NCBI GenBank assembly: GCA_951406725.2
Contig: OX597815.1
Location: 209,994,001-210,058,000, forward strand
Origin: Octopus vulgaris
Taxonomy: Eukaryota
Direction: 5' to 3'
Length of the DNA: 64,000 nt
Part shown: positions 27,561 to 41,555 of the stretch, piece by piece
How the letters are laid out: each line of letters starts with the position of its first letter
How positions within the stretch are numbered: position 1 is the first letter of the stretch
Program-made: the position numbers and the translations under genes
The notes under the pieces: model-generated
Database searches by the model: none
Seen by the model: the letters and a program-made list of their open reading frames with translations, nothing else
What the model was told of the DNA's origin: nothing

Positions 27561-27600
27561 TAAGAAGAAGAAGAATAAGAAGAAGAAGAAGAAAGATAAT
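27108..27600. repeat. (TAA)n microsatellite interrupted by a retrotransposon end
   Basis: Read directly. Confidence 0.95.
27204..27384 (+). mobile_element. R4/Dong-like non-LTR retrotransposon 3' end (5'-truncated)
   Basis: GLRNTYNIQKIALLGTAHILRRTLSIQ* (stop 27285-27287) matches the QK..LLGTA.ILR C-terminus of RLE elements; ~100-bp 3' UTR; embedded in (TAA)n. Confidence 0.85.
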
Positions 27601-28899
27601 AAATACAATAGGAAAAAACAACCTATAGCTCTCATGATATTTTGAGCTTTGTCAACTTTGTACAGTAGAAAAGGATGAGTGGGAATTGTTCGGTTCTGAT
27701 CAAAATCTGGAGAACTATATCACAAATGACTGTTTTCCGAGGTATTTTCCCGAAACAATAAAGGAGAAATGTATTGTTCTATTATGGAGACTACTCTTGT
27801 GAAAGAAGCTTTGCCATTATCGGTGCTGTAGTTTCTACTGCTGCCGTTATTGGTTTATTCCGTGCCAGTTTTATTAATTTTATTGCTACTATCGGTGTTG
27901 CTGTTGTTGATCCTGCTGTCGTTAGGATTGTTGTTGCTTTTAGGCTTTGAAATATCAAAGCTTATATCTTTTTTCCAGACATGGTGGGATTTACATAGTC
28001 CCTTAAAATAGCAAGGAAAAGCTCCTGTGAATATATGGTGTCCATTGATTATAATAAAGTGTATAATATATATATATCTTTCTTTACGATAGGAGGAGAA
28101 AAGAAAACCGCAAATGCGTCAAGCAGCACCTTAGAGTCTGAGAATGCAATGTATGAGAAGAAATTACAACTGGGTCATAGCGAAGGGTATTCCTATAGAC
28201 GTTATATTAAATTTCATAGAAATGATTAATATCGTGATGTATTTTTAACCTCATTTTTTATGGTACCGAATGCTTACATCACCACAACCACCTGTAATAC
28301 ATTTGCAATACAATTTATATGAGTGGATAGATTCTTGTGAGATATAAAACAAGAAACCACTTATTATTTATATTATATACAGACATCAATGCAACGACAT
28401 ATATGGTTTTATGAGCTCGTGATGTTTCGAAAAAATTATTAGGTAACTGTCCAAACGGAATGACTTTTTGAGTTCTTTTTATGTGAGTCCGTTACACACA
28501 AATGAAGTGAAACTATTCTTTCATCTTTTCTCCCGTTTGAAGAATATATTTCACATTATAAAGCAAGTATTTTATGTGGGAGGGAGTCAAACAAATTTCA
28601 AAAGTATTAGCAATCGTGACGTGAACAGAATTTCTGGTAGAAAAATCCTAGAAAGATGGTAGCAACATATAACACACAAAAAATTTAAGAGATTAATAAA
28701 GATGAACAGAAAAAATATGACATTTGAATAAGCACATTGAGGTCATAAATTCTTACATTCCCGTCTGATCCATAGTATACATTTAATGATTTGCAACTTA
28801 AAATTTGTGCAAGTTAACCAAGTTTCTAAACAAAGTTACACAGTCCTTTTTCGTATATATACATTTCTTATTTACTCTTACAACATTTGTATATCATAT

Positions 28900-29063
28900 G
28901 TTTCAGCCATTGGACTGCGGTCATACTGGAGCACCGACTCGATGGGTTTAGTCGAACAAAATGACCTCAGTATTTACGTTTTAAAGTCTATACTTATTTT
29001 ATCAGGATCTTTTGATAAAACGCCAAGTTATGTAGACCTAAACAAACCAACACCGGTTATAAA

Positions 29064-29096
<33 letters not shown>

Positions 29097-29140
29097 CATA
29101 TATACGACGAGTTTCCCTGCAGTTTTCATCCAGTAAATCC
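28900..29140 (-). mobile_element. SINE family B, diverged partial copy
   Basis: tgtttcagccattggactgcggtcatactggagcaccg... similarity. Confidence 0.65.
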
Positions 29141-29443
29141 ACTTAAGGTTCCTGATTGACACACGAGGCATCAATAAAATAACTATCAGTTGAGCACTAA
29201 GATCGATGTAATCGATTTACCCATTCACCCGCATTTGCTGGCCTTGTGCCAAAATTTGAAACCCTTATTCGTTTTTAAAATGTCTTTATTGTGTACAATT
29301 TGTAAGCACTGATAATGTTTATTATCCCAAAGCATTGATGAAATATCAATGACCGGATCTGACACTCAACAGTGCAGCATATAAATATCTAATACCAATT
29401 AATCTAATATCGACCAACTTCAAGTATTTTATAGACTTTTATA

Positions 29444-29823
29444 GGCGCAGGAGTGGCTGTGCGGTAAGTAGCTTGCTTACCAACCACATGGTTCCGGGTT
29501 CAATCCCACTGCATGGCACCTTGGGCAAGTGTCTTCTACAATAGCCCCGGGCCGACCATTGCCTTGTGAGTGGATTTGGTAGAAGGAAACTGAAAATAGC
29601 CCATCGTATATATGTATATATATATATATGTGTGTGTGTACGTTTGTGTGTCTGTGTTTGACAAACAATGGTGGTGTGTTTACAACCCCCGTAACTTAGC
29701 GGTTCGGCAAAAGAGACGGATAGAATAAGTACTAGGCTTCCAAAGAATAAGTCCTGAGGTCGATTTGCTCGACTAAATGCGGTCGCAGTCATATGATTGA
29801 AACAAGTAAAAGAGTAAAAGAGA
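29444..29823 (+). mobile_element. SINE family B
   Basis: Colinear with 25603-26018 apart from two internal deletions. Confidence 0.9.
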
Positions 29824-29943
29824 ATATTAAGAGTCATTTGAATACATGAAAGCCCTGCACACTCTTACACATATTGTGATAAGATTTATGACCAGGGAAC
29901 ATTATGAAGATATAAACGTATCAAATGTTACGGCACACTCATA

Positions 29944-30320
29944 TTCTTTTATTCTTTTACTTGTTTGAGTCATTTTGGACTTATTCTTTGTAAGGACTTA
30001 TTCTTTGTAAGCCTTGTACTTGTTCAATCGGCTTCTTTTACCAAGCAGCGAAGTTACGGGAACGTAAGTACACCAACATCGGTTGTTAAGCGATGGTGGT
30101 GGAGGGGGACAAACACAGACACACAGACATAAATATACATACATACATAAATATATACATATATGCGACGGGTTTCTTTCAGTTTCCATACACTTACAAG
30201 GCTTTGGTCGGTCCGAGGCTACAGTAGAAGACACTTCCTCAAAGTGCCACGCAGTGGGCATGAACCCAGAACCATGTGGTTGGGAAGCAAGCTTCTTACC
30301 ACAGGGCCATGCCTACGCCT
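29944..30320 (-). mobile_element. SINE family B, diverged
   Basis: Reverse-complement match to family B from tail to head. Confidence 0.85.
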
Positions 30321-31841
30321 GTGTTTTATTTATTATATTTTTATTCTTTATTTTTACGTATTTTCCCTTCTCACTGTTTTATTGTTGTCTATCTCATTTT
30401 AATAAGCGTAAATAATTTCATTGCAAAATGTCAATAATATTTGTCACCTCGAAATTTTGCTCTGATATCTGTGACCAAAGCGAATAAGATATCGTAGATA
30501 CAATTTCTCAATTTTATAGAGTTTCATGTGATTGCGTTTTATTTATATTTATTCCTATGTTCAAACAGTAAGTAAGCAGAGAAAAATCACTCCACTTCAA
30601 ACGCACCTATCTCATTACGAAAATGCATTATTTTTTTCGTATCTTTTACATTAGTTTCATTTGTTTTATTTACTTTTTCTTTGCACGCTTCCCTGTAGAT
30701 TCTGAATAAAGTATCAGTCACTGAGCACAAGATGTCCGATCTGAAGATCTTAAGCGCAGAATTCGATTGTCCATAAATTCTTTACTTCTGTCTTCACAAA
30801 ATATTTCCAACAGAAATGCTTTAAAGCGACAACTTGTGCAGTGGAAAAGGGTCCCTTCTGCACGCACCCCAATTTATAGCGGGCAGAAATAAACTGTTGG
30901 ACGCTTTCCACAGATAAGCTGGTCACATATTAGATTCTTAAAGATAAGGCCTTCGTCAATCCAGTGCACATGACTAAGCTATCGCAGGAAATACTCATTG
31001 CATAGCGATAGTATATTCTTACATCCTGTGTGCCCCTGAACTCAGAGGGTACGACCTTGCATGACAGTAGGTGTGGTAAGCATGTAGCCTTTCCTCACCT
31101 CCGATATAATTATTCCTATTTAGATATTACGTAGAAGTGCACTAATTATGCAAGCAGGATGAATGCTCAATTTGATATTCAGTGTATAAGTTTTGTTCTT
31201 CAGGCTGTTAGGGAGAATTGTGTTTGCAGTAGATGAGTGTAGGGTTTGTTTTGCGCATTACTCTCAGTACACAGAGCTTATGACTGGGCTAATATATTTT
31301 CAGATGTCTACCACTTGAAGGACGGAATCTTTAATAGAAAGAGGAAGAGCATCTCAAGCATCTTCAGCCATAACTTCAATTTTCTTTTATGCTGATGTCT
31401 AGCGTTAAATCTCTATACGCGTTAGAGAATAGGTCCATAATACGCTAATACTAATCACTTCAGAGAAATAATTACCATAAGCGTATCATGCAGAGTTCTA
31501 GTTTTAGCTGTAAATAGTATATTATTGAGAAAGAAACGAACTACCTTACTTGTCTAATGTAGGTCTACACAAGCCCTAATTAGAAAACAAAGAATGCATC
31601 AAGTTTCGGTAAAATATATCATGGACCCTCTTGTGCACTAGGCTTGCTTTGAGGATCAAGCCCCTTTGTAGGTGTGTGCTCATGTGTATGTTGAGTGTTA
31701 ATTTATTGTATCGTTTCGGTTCCACTTCAACATACGTACATACATACAAGCATGCTGTTACGACCTGGTGGCCATAACCCGAATGTACACAGGATTCAAG
31801 GATGGGGTAAACCCAAGACAACAACACATGAAGTTTTTTGT

Positions 31842-31903
<62 letters not shown>

Positions 31904-31940
31904 CATACATACATACATACATACATACATACATACATAC

Positions 31941-31977
<37 letters not shown>

Positions 31978-32905
31978 CATACATAACACACACACGTGTT
32001 TTACTTTACCTCTCATTATACGTTTGAGTTTACTGTTTAAATTGCTATGATTATTTTGTGTGTGTTTCATCGCGCTATGAAATGTATTCACATATTTCAT
32101 TAAAGTTTATTTTCTTATGATATACGAGAGAAAATATTATTTCACACCATATAAAACAATATCATACATTTTGCTCAGTACATTCAAATAAAATTTAATA
32201 TATTTATTTCGTTTTTATTTTATGAATTTACCCGCATACATTTCGGATTACAAACGCGTACACAAACACGCGTAAGTGCACACACACACATACACACATG
32301 CGCGCGCACATCTATATCAGTGTGTATGTATGTGTGTATCTTTCAGGTAGTTATGGTAAGTAAATTTCTCACATATACACACATTTTTTACTAATGATAT
32401 AAGTATTGCTGTATGTGTTATAATCCTGCGTGCATGCATATATGTTGGCATGTGTTCATGAGAGGCCCCGGGATCAGAATAAATAAATTTCACACCCTTA
32501 TCTATGTGACAAATATAAAGTATCTCTATTTCATGAAAATTGTTCTTTGGTGGTATTCAATAATCTGAAAGTAGATATAGAAAGTTGAAATTATTTTAAA
32601 TATTCACATAAAGGATTATATACAAAAAATAACTTTCGAAAAAGTTTTGTTTTCCTGTATATTCACACAAAATTCCAAAGAGCACAATGCATTAAAGCGA
32701 GAGCATTTCAATACTTTTTTTCTATGACTAGACGCAGGTTTCCGCGGGTCATTAAGCGAGTCAGTATTTCTATGAGTATTATTGAGATAACCGGTATAAT
32801 TTTCGTTTTGTAAGATTTTTTTTATTACCGTTAACCCTCATAAACCCAATGGAAGATTGTTGCACAGGAAAACCAACTAGAAAATAAATGTTGTTATTGA
32901 TTTTA

Positions 32906-32985
<80 letters not shown>

Positions 32986-33062
32986 AATAATATTAAGGCG
33001 GTGAGCTGGCAGGTTCGTTTGCACGCCGAGCAAAATGCTTTTGGTATTTCGTCCGTCTTTAC

Positions 33063-33502
33063 TTAGAAATATATCTGGTTTATTTGCCTTCATGGTCCGA
33101 TATATACATACTGAGAAGTCCCATAGAATAGTTACATTTTCTCCTTCAGTTACAGCCTCAGGGTGGCACTTGTACCATTTGTCAGCACTTTTGATATTAT
33201 AATGCCTACACATTCTCCAATGTTGATATTGGCCAACCCTGTCATGTCTTGATTTGTACTTTATAGGTGCTGATATCTTACATCCAGAGATTAGCAGGTT
33301 CATTGTTTCTATCCCATTGTTGCAGTATCGGCACTTTGGGTCTACACCATTTTCATCACATTTGCATGATAGTTCCTTGTCAATAATCTCTGATCTCAGC
33401 CAAGATAAAGCCTTCACTCTCTGCCTTTAGCTCTGAGCTCCGTAGCCATTGATGAGTGTGCTTCTGGTCCACAATAGCTTGTTTACTACGGGTCACATAT
33501 TG
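33063..33502 (-). pseudogene. R4/Dong-like retrotransposon relic (zinc knuckle and start of RLE)
   Basis: HQWLRSSELKAESEGFILA, then KCRYC...ET..L.SGC..APIKYKSRHDRVG...HW..C...WY...TILWDF...KANKPDI. A family A SINE head (32995-33062) and a (TTA)n tract lie next to it. Confidence 0.85.
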
Positions 33503-33878
33503 CACCTTGTGAACCAATCACCAATGGAATAATTGTTGTCCTAGTTTTCTACGGTCTTCTCGTCGCTCAGATTAGATAATATTTCTAAATTTTTCAGTTT
33601 CTTTTCTTTCGGTTTTGCTCTCATAGTGAATTGCAAAATTCATTATATTACACTTATATTACACGTAAATGCACACACCTACACACACCGCCCTGACAAT
33701 TACAAGGCACTCTCACACAAACATATCCACACATACACAGATACACACACAAACATGCAAATACAACCCCCCCACACGGATATATACACACATATGTACA
33801 CACACACAAACACAATATGCTCGTTCACACACAAAAATCACACAAACACTCAAAGAAAACACACACACATATATTTTT

Positions 33879-34261
33879 TGGAAGCACTCCGTCGGTTACG
33901 ACGACGAAGGTTACGGTTGATCCGATCAACGGAACAGCCTGCTCGTGAAATTAACGTGTAAGTGGCTGAGCACTCCACAGACACGTGTACCCTTAACGCA
34001 TTTCTCGGGGATATTCAGCGTGACACAGAGAGTGACAAGACCGGCCCTTTGAAATACAGGTACAACAGAAACAGGAAGAAAGAGTGAAAGAAAGTTGTGG
34101 TGAAAGAGTACAGCAGGTATCACCACCATCCCCTGCCGGAGCCTCGTGGAGCTTTAGGTGTTTTCGCTCAATAAACACTCACAACGCCCGGTCTGGGAAT
34201 CGAAACCGCGATCCTACGACCGCGAGTCCGCTGCCCTAACCACTGGGCCATTGCACCTCCA
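33879..34261 (-). mobile_element. SINE family C (tRNA-derived), full length
   Basis: Head ggaggtgcaatggcccagtggttagggc...ggtttcgattccc; near-identical to 36320-36702 and 54004-54391. Confidence 0.92.
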
Positions 34262-35086
34262 CTATACACATATATACACGCAATACAATCCCATCAATCC
34301 CAACAAGCACTCACACATACATACATACATACACAAATACAAGCACGCGCACACACACAATAACACACACCACCCTGATAAATACAAGACACATAGACGC
34401 ACTCACACAAACACACTCACACAAACACACCCACACGTATACACAAACACTACACAAACAATACAAACTAAACACTCACAATGATACACCCAAACACGTG
34501 CACGCACCACACAGAATAATAACATGCACACTTGCAGACACTCATACACACACACGCACTTCGCCACAACAAATATAGCAGACACACATGTGCATACACA
34601 CCAGAAAACTACATAAACCACACCCACATATACACACACACAAACGCACACTCAGTACAAACATGCACAGTACGTACACGCACACACATACACACCACCT
34701 GGATAAACGTAACACACACAGACACACAGAACCCCTGACAAATACAACACACTCACACGCACATGCACACGCACCCACATACATATGCACCCTCACACAC
34801 ACATACGGTTACACACGCACACACACACACACACACACACCCGGACAAATATAGCGACAGAAACTTACTCAGACAGACACACACACATACTCACGTGCAC
34901 GCACATAACATGCCTACCAACACAACACACACAAACATACACACGCACACACACAGACGCACATATACACACATACGAATAAACACATGCACACAAACAC
35001 ATACGCACATGCGCACTCACAGCACCCTGACAAATGCAAATCACACACATATACACGCACAGTCCCGCTAAATATAAAGCACACAC
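34262..35086. repeat. Degenerate (CA)n-rich low-complexity region with recurrent ccc.gacaaata motif
   Basis: Read directly; continues 33665-33870 on the other side of the SINE. Confidence 0.8.
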
Positions 35087-36319
35087 AGTGTCGTGATTCG
35101 AAGTTCTTAATCACTCCACTGTATCTGCAACCATAAAACATGCATTTGTCCTTAAAATATTTAGTATTGTTTCGAAATTAAAGGGTAACATTTTTGTGGA
35201 CGGTTAAAATTCCCCAGTTAAATCTATGGGATAAAACTCCGTCTTGATGTAATTATTTTATACAGAAATCAAATTTTGTAATTTAATTTTCATTAGGAAG
35301 TTTCTTAGATAAATTCTACTTGTTATCTTATATTCCCGTCATTAAAATGATCGTACTTATCACCAGCTTCAAAATTAGCGGCATCAGTTGCTACATCAGT
35401 CACTATCAGTACGTGTTTTTTTTATATCTCTCGCTATCACTTTATATTTTTGCTGCATCATCATAAATATTAGCAACTTTATCGCCGCTGTCACCACAAT
35501 CACCTGTCACAATCGTCACCATTATGTGGGTGATGAAGATGATCATGATAATGATGATAATGACGATGATGATAATCATCATTATCATCGTCGTCGTCAT
35601 CATGTTTCTCTCCATATCTTTGTAGTCATCATTTAAAATTTTGTTTCTCAATTTCTTTATTGCTGTAGACCAAATTCTACCACAGCAATTCAAATTTATT
35701 TTATTTTTAGATACGTTCTTTTTAACTACGTGTGGCATAGAGTGCCTTTATCAATGAAAGGCTTCTCGAGTCTAAAGTGATAACTTCTTAATTCATCTAT
35801 TTAAATTCTTTATCTATTGTCTTAGCTTTTATATACTATTTAGGTTTCTTTTGGTTTATTTTGGTTTAAACGCGACACGAAATATTTGAGCCAATTTGGG
35901 ACGTCTGAAGTTTACAGAATTTTTGCTTTCTGTATATCATTGTAAACGTAAGGGAATATGAAACCATGTAAAATTGTTAGGTTTATCGCAAGAATTAGAA
36001 TTCAAACACGCTGACAGTGGTATCATTATTTTATGAACATTTCACTCCCGAAATAATTGGCAACTTCATCTTGTCATTATTATAGTTTGCTCATGATACA
36101 TATGGAGCCAAAATACCACAAATTATAAAGCTCTCAGCTCTGTCAACAGAATAGGATGCATGGCTACTATTCTTAAGTTTGAAATATATCTGTATTGTTT
36201 GATGGCGTCTCTGATTTATAGTACCGGACATGCTGAAATTATTTTTGTAGTATAGTATTAAAATCTATACTAAAGATGTATCATACAACGTCATCCTTTT
36301 TACCTGTTTTTACAATGTG

Positions 36320-36702
36320 TGGAAGCACTCCGTCGGTTACGACGACGAGGGTTCCGGTTGATCCGAATCAACGGAACAGCCTGCTCGTGAAATTAACGTG
36401 TAATTGGCTGAGCACTCCACAGACACGTGCACCCTTAACATAGTTCTCGGGAATATTCAGCGTGACACAGAGAGTGACAAGGCCGGCTCTTTGAAATACA
36501 GGTACAACAGAAACAGGAAGTAAGAGTGAGAGAAAGTTGTGGTGAAAGAGTACAGCAGGGATCACCACCATCCCCTGCCGGAGCCTCGTGGAGCTTTAGG
36601 TGTTTTCGCTTAATAAACACTCACAACGCCCGGTCTGGGAATCGAAACCGCGATCCTATGACCGCGAGTCCGCTGCCCTAACCACTGGGCCATTGCGCCT
36701 CC
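36320..36702 (-). mobile_element. SINE family C, full length
   Basis: As above; probable TSD gtttttaca at 36306 and 36705. Confidence 0.92.
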
Positions 36703-38270
36703 ACGTTTTTACAGTAGAAGCACTACAAATGAAACTCGCATATATTCCAACGTTTGAAAATGAAAATATACAGAAATGTTGTTAAACCTGGGTGTATATG
36801 ATAAATATAATGCATGAGTAATTTAAATAGAACAGTTATCTGTTTGAAGCACGATTACGAAAAATGCTAACTTAGCGCAAATATTGCGATGATATATAGA
36901 CTAAATTTGGTTTACTACGGAACGAAGGCGCTCAAACCATGGACACACTAACTATTGCTATTGTAAGCATTGCATACAATATACAAATGCTATTTACATT
37001 ACACAGAGTTAATATATGGACCAGACTGCAATTACAATTATAAACAGCCTTATATACACCGCTAAACAAAATTCACAGGTTTTTTTTTTGTAACTCTCAA
37101 TTATAAATCAATTAATACATAGAATTTTGCCTTGTAATAGCGTGTACGCACCACTTATATTATTCCCATACGCAAAGACACCTCAATAAAATAATTCCAG
37201 CGTCACTTAGTGAAGGTATGATCAAAGTACGTTTCAACAGCAGAAAAAGAATTGAACAGACATATCCAATGGTCTGTATAGTCAGAATGCCGATATTTCA
37301 GTTGTTTACATGATGATGAATATATTTTAACATCTGAAACATTGGCATAATTATATTTTGAATTTCTAGTTTATTTATGGTCTTATTATAAAATGAGTAA
37401 CTGTAAAGTAGTTATGATCATTGGTTGGGAAAACACGACTTAACCATGATAACGTTATTGAAACTTTGATTCGAATGAGAAGCACAACATCCATCATATA
37501 CATAGAAATAACTTTAATATCAATTGCTACTGTATGTCCAAACATTGTGTTAGCAATGAATAATAAATTCAGAGTAATGAAAGCCAAATCAAACCAATCA
37601 AATATTCTTTGAAGTATCTGCAGCAATCTCTTCAAACCATCTAGACTTAATAAAAGACGATGGATTACAAAGAGTATATAATATACCTAGATAGATAGGC
37701 TGTACTTCGCAGAACCAAACACAGCGTGAACCTACAGAGGAGATTTTAATTAACCCTTTGATCTGCTACAAGTAGCAGACATATCTCCAACCAATAACAC
37801 ATTACCAAATTAAAGTCAGAAGGACGATAAATAAAACGATATCCTAGATACACATGATGGCGAGATGGGATCGGTGAGAAAGTCATGGATTTTTGATGAG
37901 TGTGATCATTGCTAACTTTGCTTTAAAAATAGACATTCGACCAACAAATGCCAGACGACAGGACAATAAGAAAGTCTCCGTGAAAGGGCGATTTATGAAA
38001 AACTCTTGATATGAAGGCGCAGACGTGGCTGTGTGCTAAGAAGGTTGCTTCCCAACCACACGGCTTCGGGTTCAGGCACTTTGGCCAAGTATCTTCTACT
38101 GCAGCCTTTACTGGGCACAAAACTCAACAACAATAACACATGCAACAGCATCAATATTGAAACACTTCGTAATATGAAGTGCAATTACACATTAAGCTTA
38201 TTTAAATTATGATTAGTGTGCTGAACCTTTAAATCACTTCCAATAAATTAGTAACTACTATTACTACCAA

Positions 38271-38573
38271 TGGAGGCACATGGCCTAGTGGTTAGAGGAG
38301 CCGACTCGCGGTTGAGGGATCGCGGGTTCGAATCTCAGACCGGATGATGTGTGTGTTCAAGAGCGAAACACCTAAGCTCCACGCAGTTCCGGTAGAAGGT
38401 AATGGCGAACTTCTGTTAACTCTTTCGCCACAACTTTCTCACTCTTTCCTCCTGCATCTTGCAGCTCACCTGCGATGGACCGGCGTCCCGTCCAGGTGGG
38501 GAACCTATATGCCAAGGAAACCAGGAAACTGGCCCTTATGAGCCAGGCATGGCTCAAGAAGGACCAACAACAA
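38271..38573 (+). mobile_element. SINE family E: family-C-type head with V-domain-like 3' part; partial second copy at ~38605-38720
   Basis: The first ~175 bp parallel family C, then cctgcgatggaccggcgtcccgtccagg (V-SINE-like) and a (caa)n tail. Confidence 0.8.
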
Positions 38574-39545
38574 CTCTATAAAGTGGTTAGTGAGAAGGGC
38601 ATCCAGTCTGCTAACTCTTTCGCCACAACTTTCTCACTCTTTCCTCCTGCATCTTGCAGCTCATCTGCGACGGACCGGCGTCCCATCCATGGCTTGAGAA
38701 AGAACAAACAACAACAACAACATTACCAATACTGCTACCACGCATTTTTTTAAAGAAAATAACTTCACCCGAACTATAAAAATGAGCTATTTATAAACAT
38801 GAATATCATGTTTTTTTTTCCATGTTAACTTAATCCCTCTTAAAAGTCTTCCATGGGAAATACAGTTATGCATGTTGAGTCAAGTCGACGATTTGGCAGA
38901 GTCATTAAAATGACAGATTGCCTTGTAATGTTCACTCCGGGCCCCTGCATTCTGAGTTCATATACTACTGAAGTCAAATGTGTCTTACATATTTTCTGGG
39001 GCAGGTAAATTATGTAGCAGCTACGAACTGGAGTCTATTTTACTTCTCCCTGTCTTTCTTTCTGCCTGACTGTCTGGTTTTCTCTTTATAGATAAAATGA
39101 CTTGTAGTTTGACCCGGATATGGATAGCCACACAAGGTTTAAAGCCTCGTCATTTCTAACAACTAAAACATGACAAGGCAAACAGGGTGCGGACATACTC
39201 ACTAAGATTGCTAGTGAGGACACCGAAAACTCCCTGAAATTATACTGCCAAATATTAAATTTAGAATATGGATAGAATAGTGATATTTATCTAGATTATT
39301 AAAAACATGCGATTGTTTTGAATGAGATCCTTTTCTGTATAGGTCTATTTCATTAGGTTGATCCACGAATAAGCAACAAGATCATGCTGTCTTAGTATCG
39401 GGGTTAATCATGGTGTCTGTATACTAAGAACTATCTAAGGCTTCTTTACAGAATTTTTTTGCTTCCAATAACCTCATAATTCTAATTCAACAGAGTAATG
39501 CCAACAACACTTGTATTAACCCACCAAAATGAATAATACAGATTG

Positions 39546-39745
39546 AAGGCGGCGAGCTGGCAGAATCGTTAGCACGCGGAGTATAAGTCTTAGCGGCATT
39601 TCGTCAATTTTTATGTTCTGAGTTTAGATTCCACCGAGATACGTTTTGCCTCTATTTCTTTCGGCGTCGATAAAATATGTACCACTTTTACACTGAGTTC
39701 GATATATTCAATTTACTCTCTCCCTCAAACTTGTTGATCATGTGA
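39546..39745 (+). mobile_element. SINE family A, diverged
   Basis: aaggcggcgagctggcagaatcgttagcacg head plus a decayed body. Confidence 0.8.
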
Positions 39746-39829
39746 ATGGGACACAGCTCATGTCTAACATCATAGCTGGTGATGGGGGGCATTGAATCCT
39801 CAAACTCCTGTGATGGTGCGACAAAGGAA

Positions 39830-40102
39830 GAAGTGTTAGGGGTTCTTAAACGAAGCCATGGTCCCGTGAATGCAATTTCTGGTGGTTTCGGTACGTAACT
39901 TGCAGCAAATATTCCTTAAATCCTTAGCTGTCACATTCTTGGAGGTCCCACAATCGGATCGTTTCTTCCTTGGTGAAGTAATCGTCATACCGTGTCCACA
40001 TGACGACCTAATTTCTCGCAGTTACTTGAAGAGCGGTGACTTCTGAACTTTCCTTTATGATGACAGGCTTTCCTCATCGTTAAGACCTTTTTCACGTCCC
40101 AT
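39830..40102 (-). pseudogene. Tc1-like transposase N-terminal (HTH) relic
   Basis: MGREKGLNDEE..PVIIKE...KLGRHVDTV...SPRKKRSDCGTSKNVTAKDLRNI; frameshifted. Confidence 0.7.
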
Positions 40103-40317
40103 TGTTCTTAGAGAGGAGAGACGCTATTAGCGTGGTTCCCCCAAAACTGAAGAATCTGAAATAAAAAAGAAAGGACGTTACACAGAATAATGAAAACATA
40201 ACAATGGTGTTGTCATAGTGTGCGAACCAACTGGTAAAATATAATTCAAAATTGATTGATAGAAAACCGAGGAATCCTAAATGTCACTGCTAAGCTATTA
40301 GCGTGATTCTGGGTGCA

Positions 40318-40364
<47 letters not shown>

Positions 40365-41225
40365 GTATATGTGTGTATATACACACTCACAAATAAAGCT
40401 CGGAACTGAGAAATCTAATAAGGCGAATACAGGAGGTGGTCGAAAAAGCCCGCTTCTATATATGGCTGAAGCGGGAAGACCAAAATGGCTTGAAATTCAT
40501 AACATGCCGACAGGAAAATAACATCATTAGGTGAGACAGGCTGACACTGAAGTAACTGCGCTGATTGACAGGTGACAGTCTCGTTTAGAGAATGCGTGGC
40601 CTAAGACTACACGCCCTCCATTGGTCAGTCAAAGTTTAGACAGTGTCACGTGACAACTTGCAGGAGCTGAATGCTGGAGTCTTTCATCGTGTATTTACCG
40701 GGAAATTTGACAAGACAGTCGCCCGCTACACTCGTTGACGCTACATCGAAGAAGCCAGGGAAGAGAAGAAAGAAGGAGAAAGAAGACATGCACCCAACAC
40801 CAGAGCTGAAGACACCTCCGAAAGGGGGGGGACGTCAAAATGGTAGAATAGTAGGGGCCGAAACCGGACGTGGCTCCTCCTGATAATGTCTTGAGCTAAC
40901 TAGATCCTATAAAGAGGCTGTTGTGGTACAAGACCACGAAACATGGTTGAAATTGCTATGTATGTATGTGTATATACACACACAAGTTTTGACATATATT
41001 TTTAGTGGGGGAATATGTCGGTTATATTGACTCAGTATATTCTTCTTTTTATCGACTCCCGAAGGATAGAAAGTTAAGTCAATCTGGACGAGAATATTTG
41101 AAATATTAATCCATAACAAGAGGATATCGTCATATGGATAAGTAGCAACATGTCAGTAACAGAGATAATAATAAAAAACGAAGGATATGAGTTTATTTGT
41201 TATTTTTGTATTTTATTTTAGAGTG

Positions 41226-41489
41226 GGTGATGATGAGGACAACAACGACGATAAGAACGGTAATGGTGAGGATGATGATGATGATGATGATGATAGTGAT
41301 GTTGATGACGACAATGACGACGACGACGACGACGACGATGACCACGATGACCCTGATGATGATGATAGTGATGTTGATGACGACAATGACGACGTGGACG
41401 ACGAAGATGACGATGATGACGATGATGACAATGATGAGGATAATGATGGTGATAATGATGAGGAAGAGGATGACTAAAACAATGATGAC

Positions 41490-41527
<38 letters not shown>

Positions 41528-41555
41528 CAAAAGCAATGATGATGATGATGATGAC
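41226..41555. repeat. (GAT/GAC)n trinucleotide repeat with internal ~40-bp duplication
   Basis: gatgatgatagtgatgttgatgacgacaatgacgacg occurs twice. Confidence 0.9.

Noticed and set aside
30830-30890. Possible RT motif GVRQGDPLSP on the minus strand
   Set aside because: Needs frameshifts and lacks clear neighbouring motifs.
33879-34261. SINE heads as tRNA genes (families A-E)
   Set aside because: A/B boxes are present but cloverleaves are incomplete and continue into repeat bodies.
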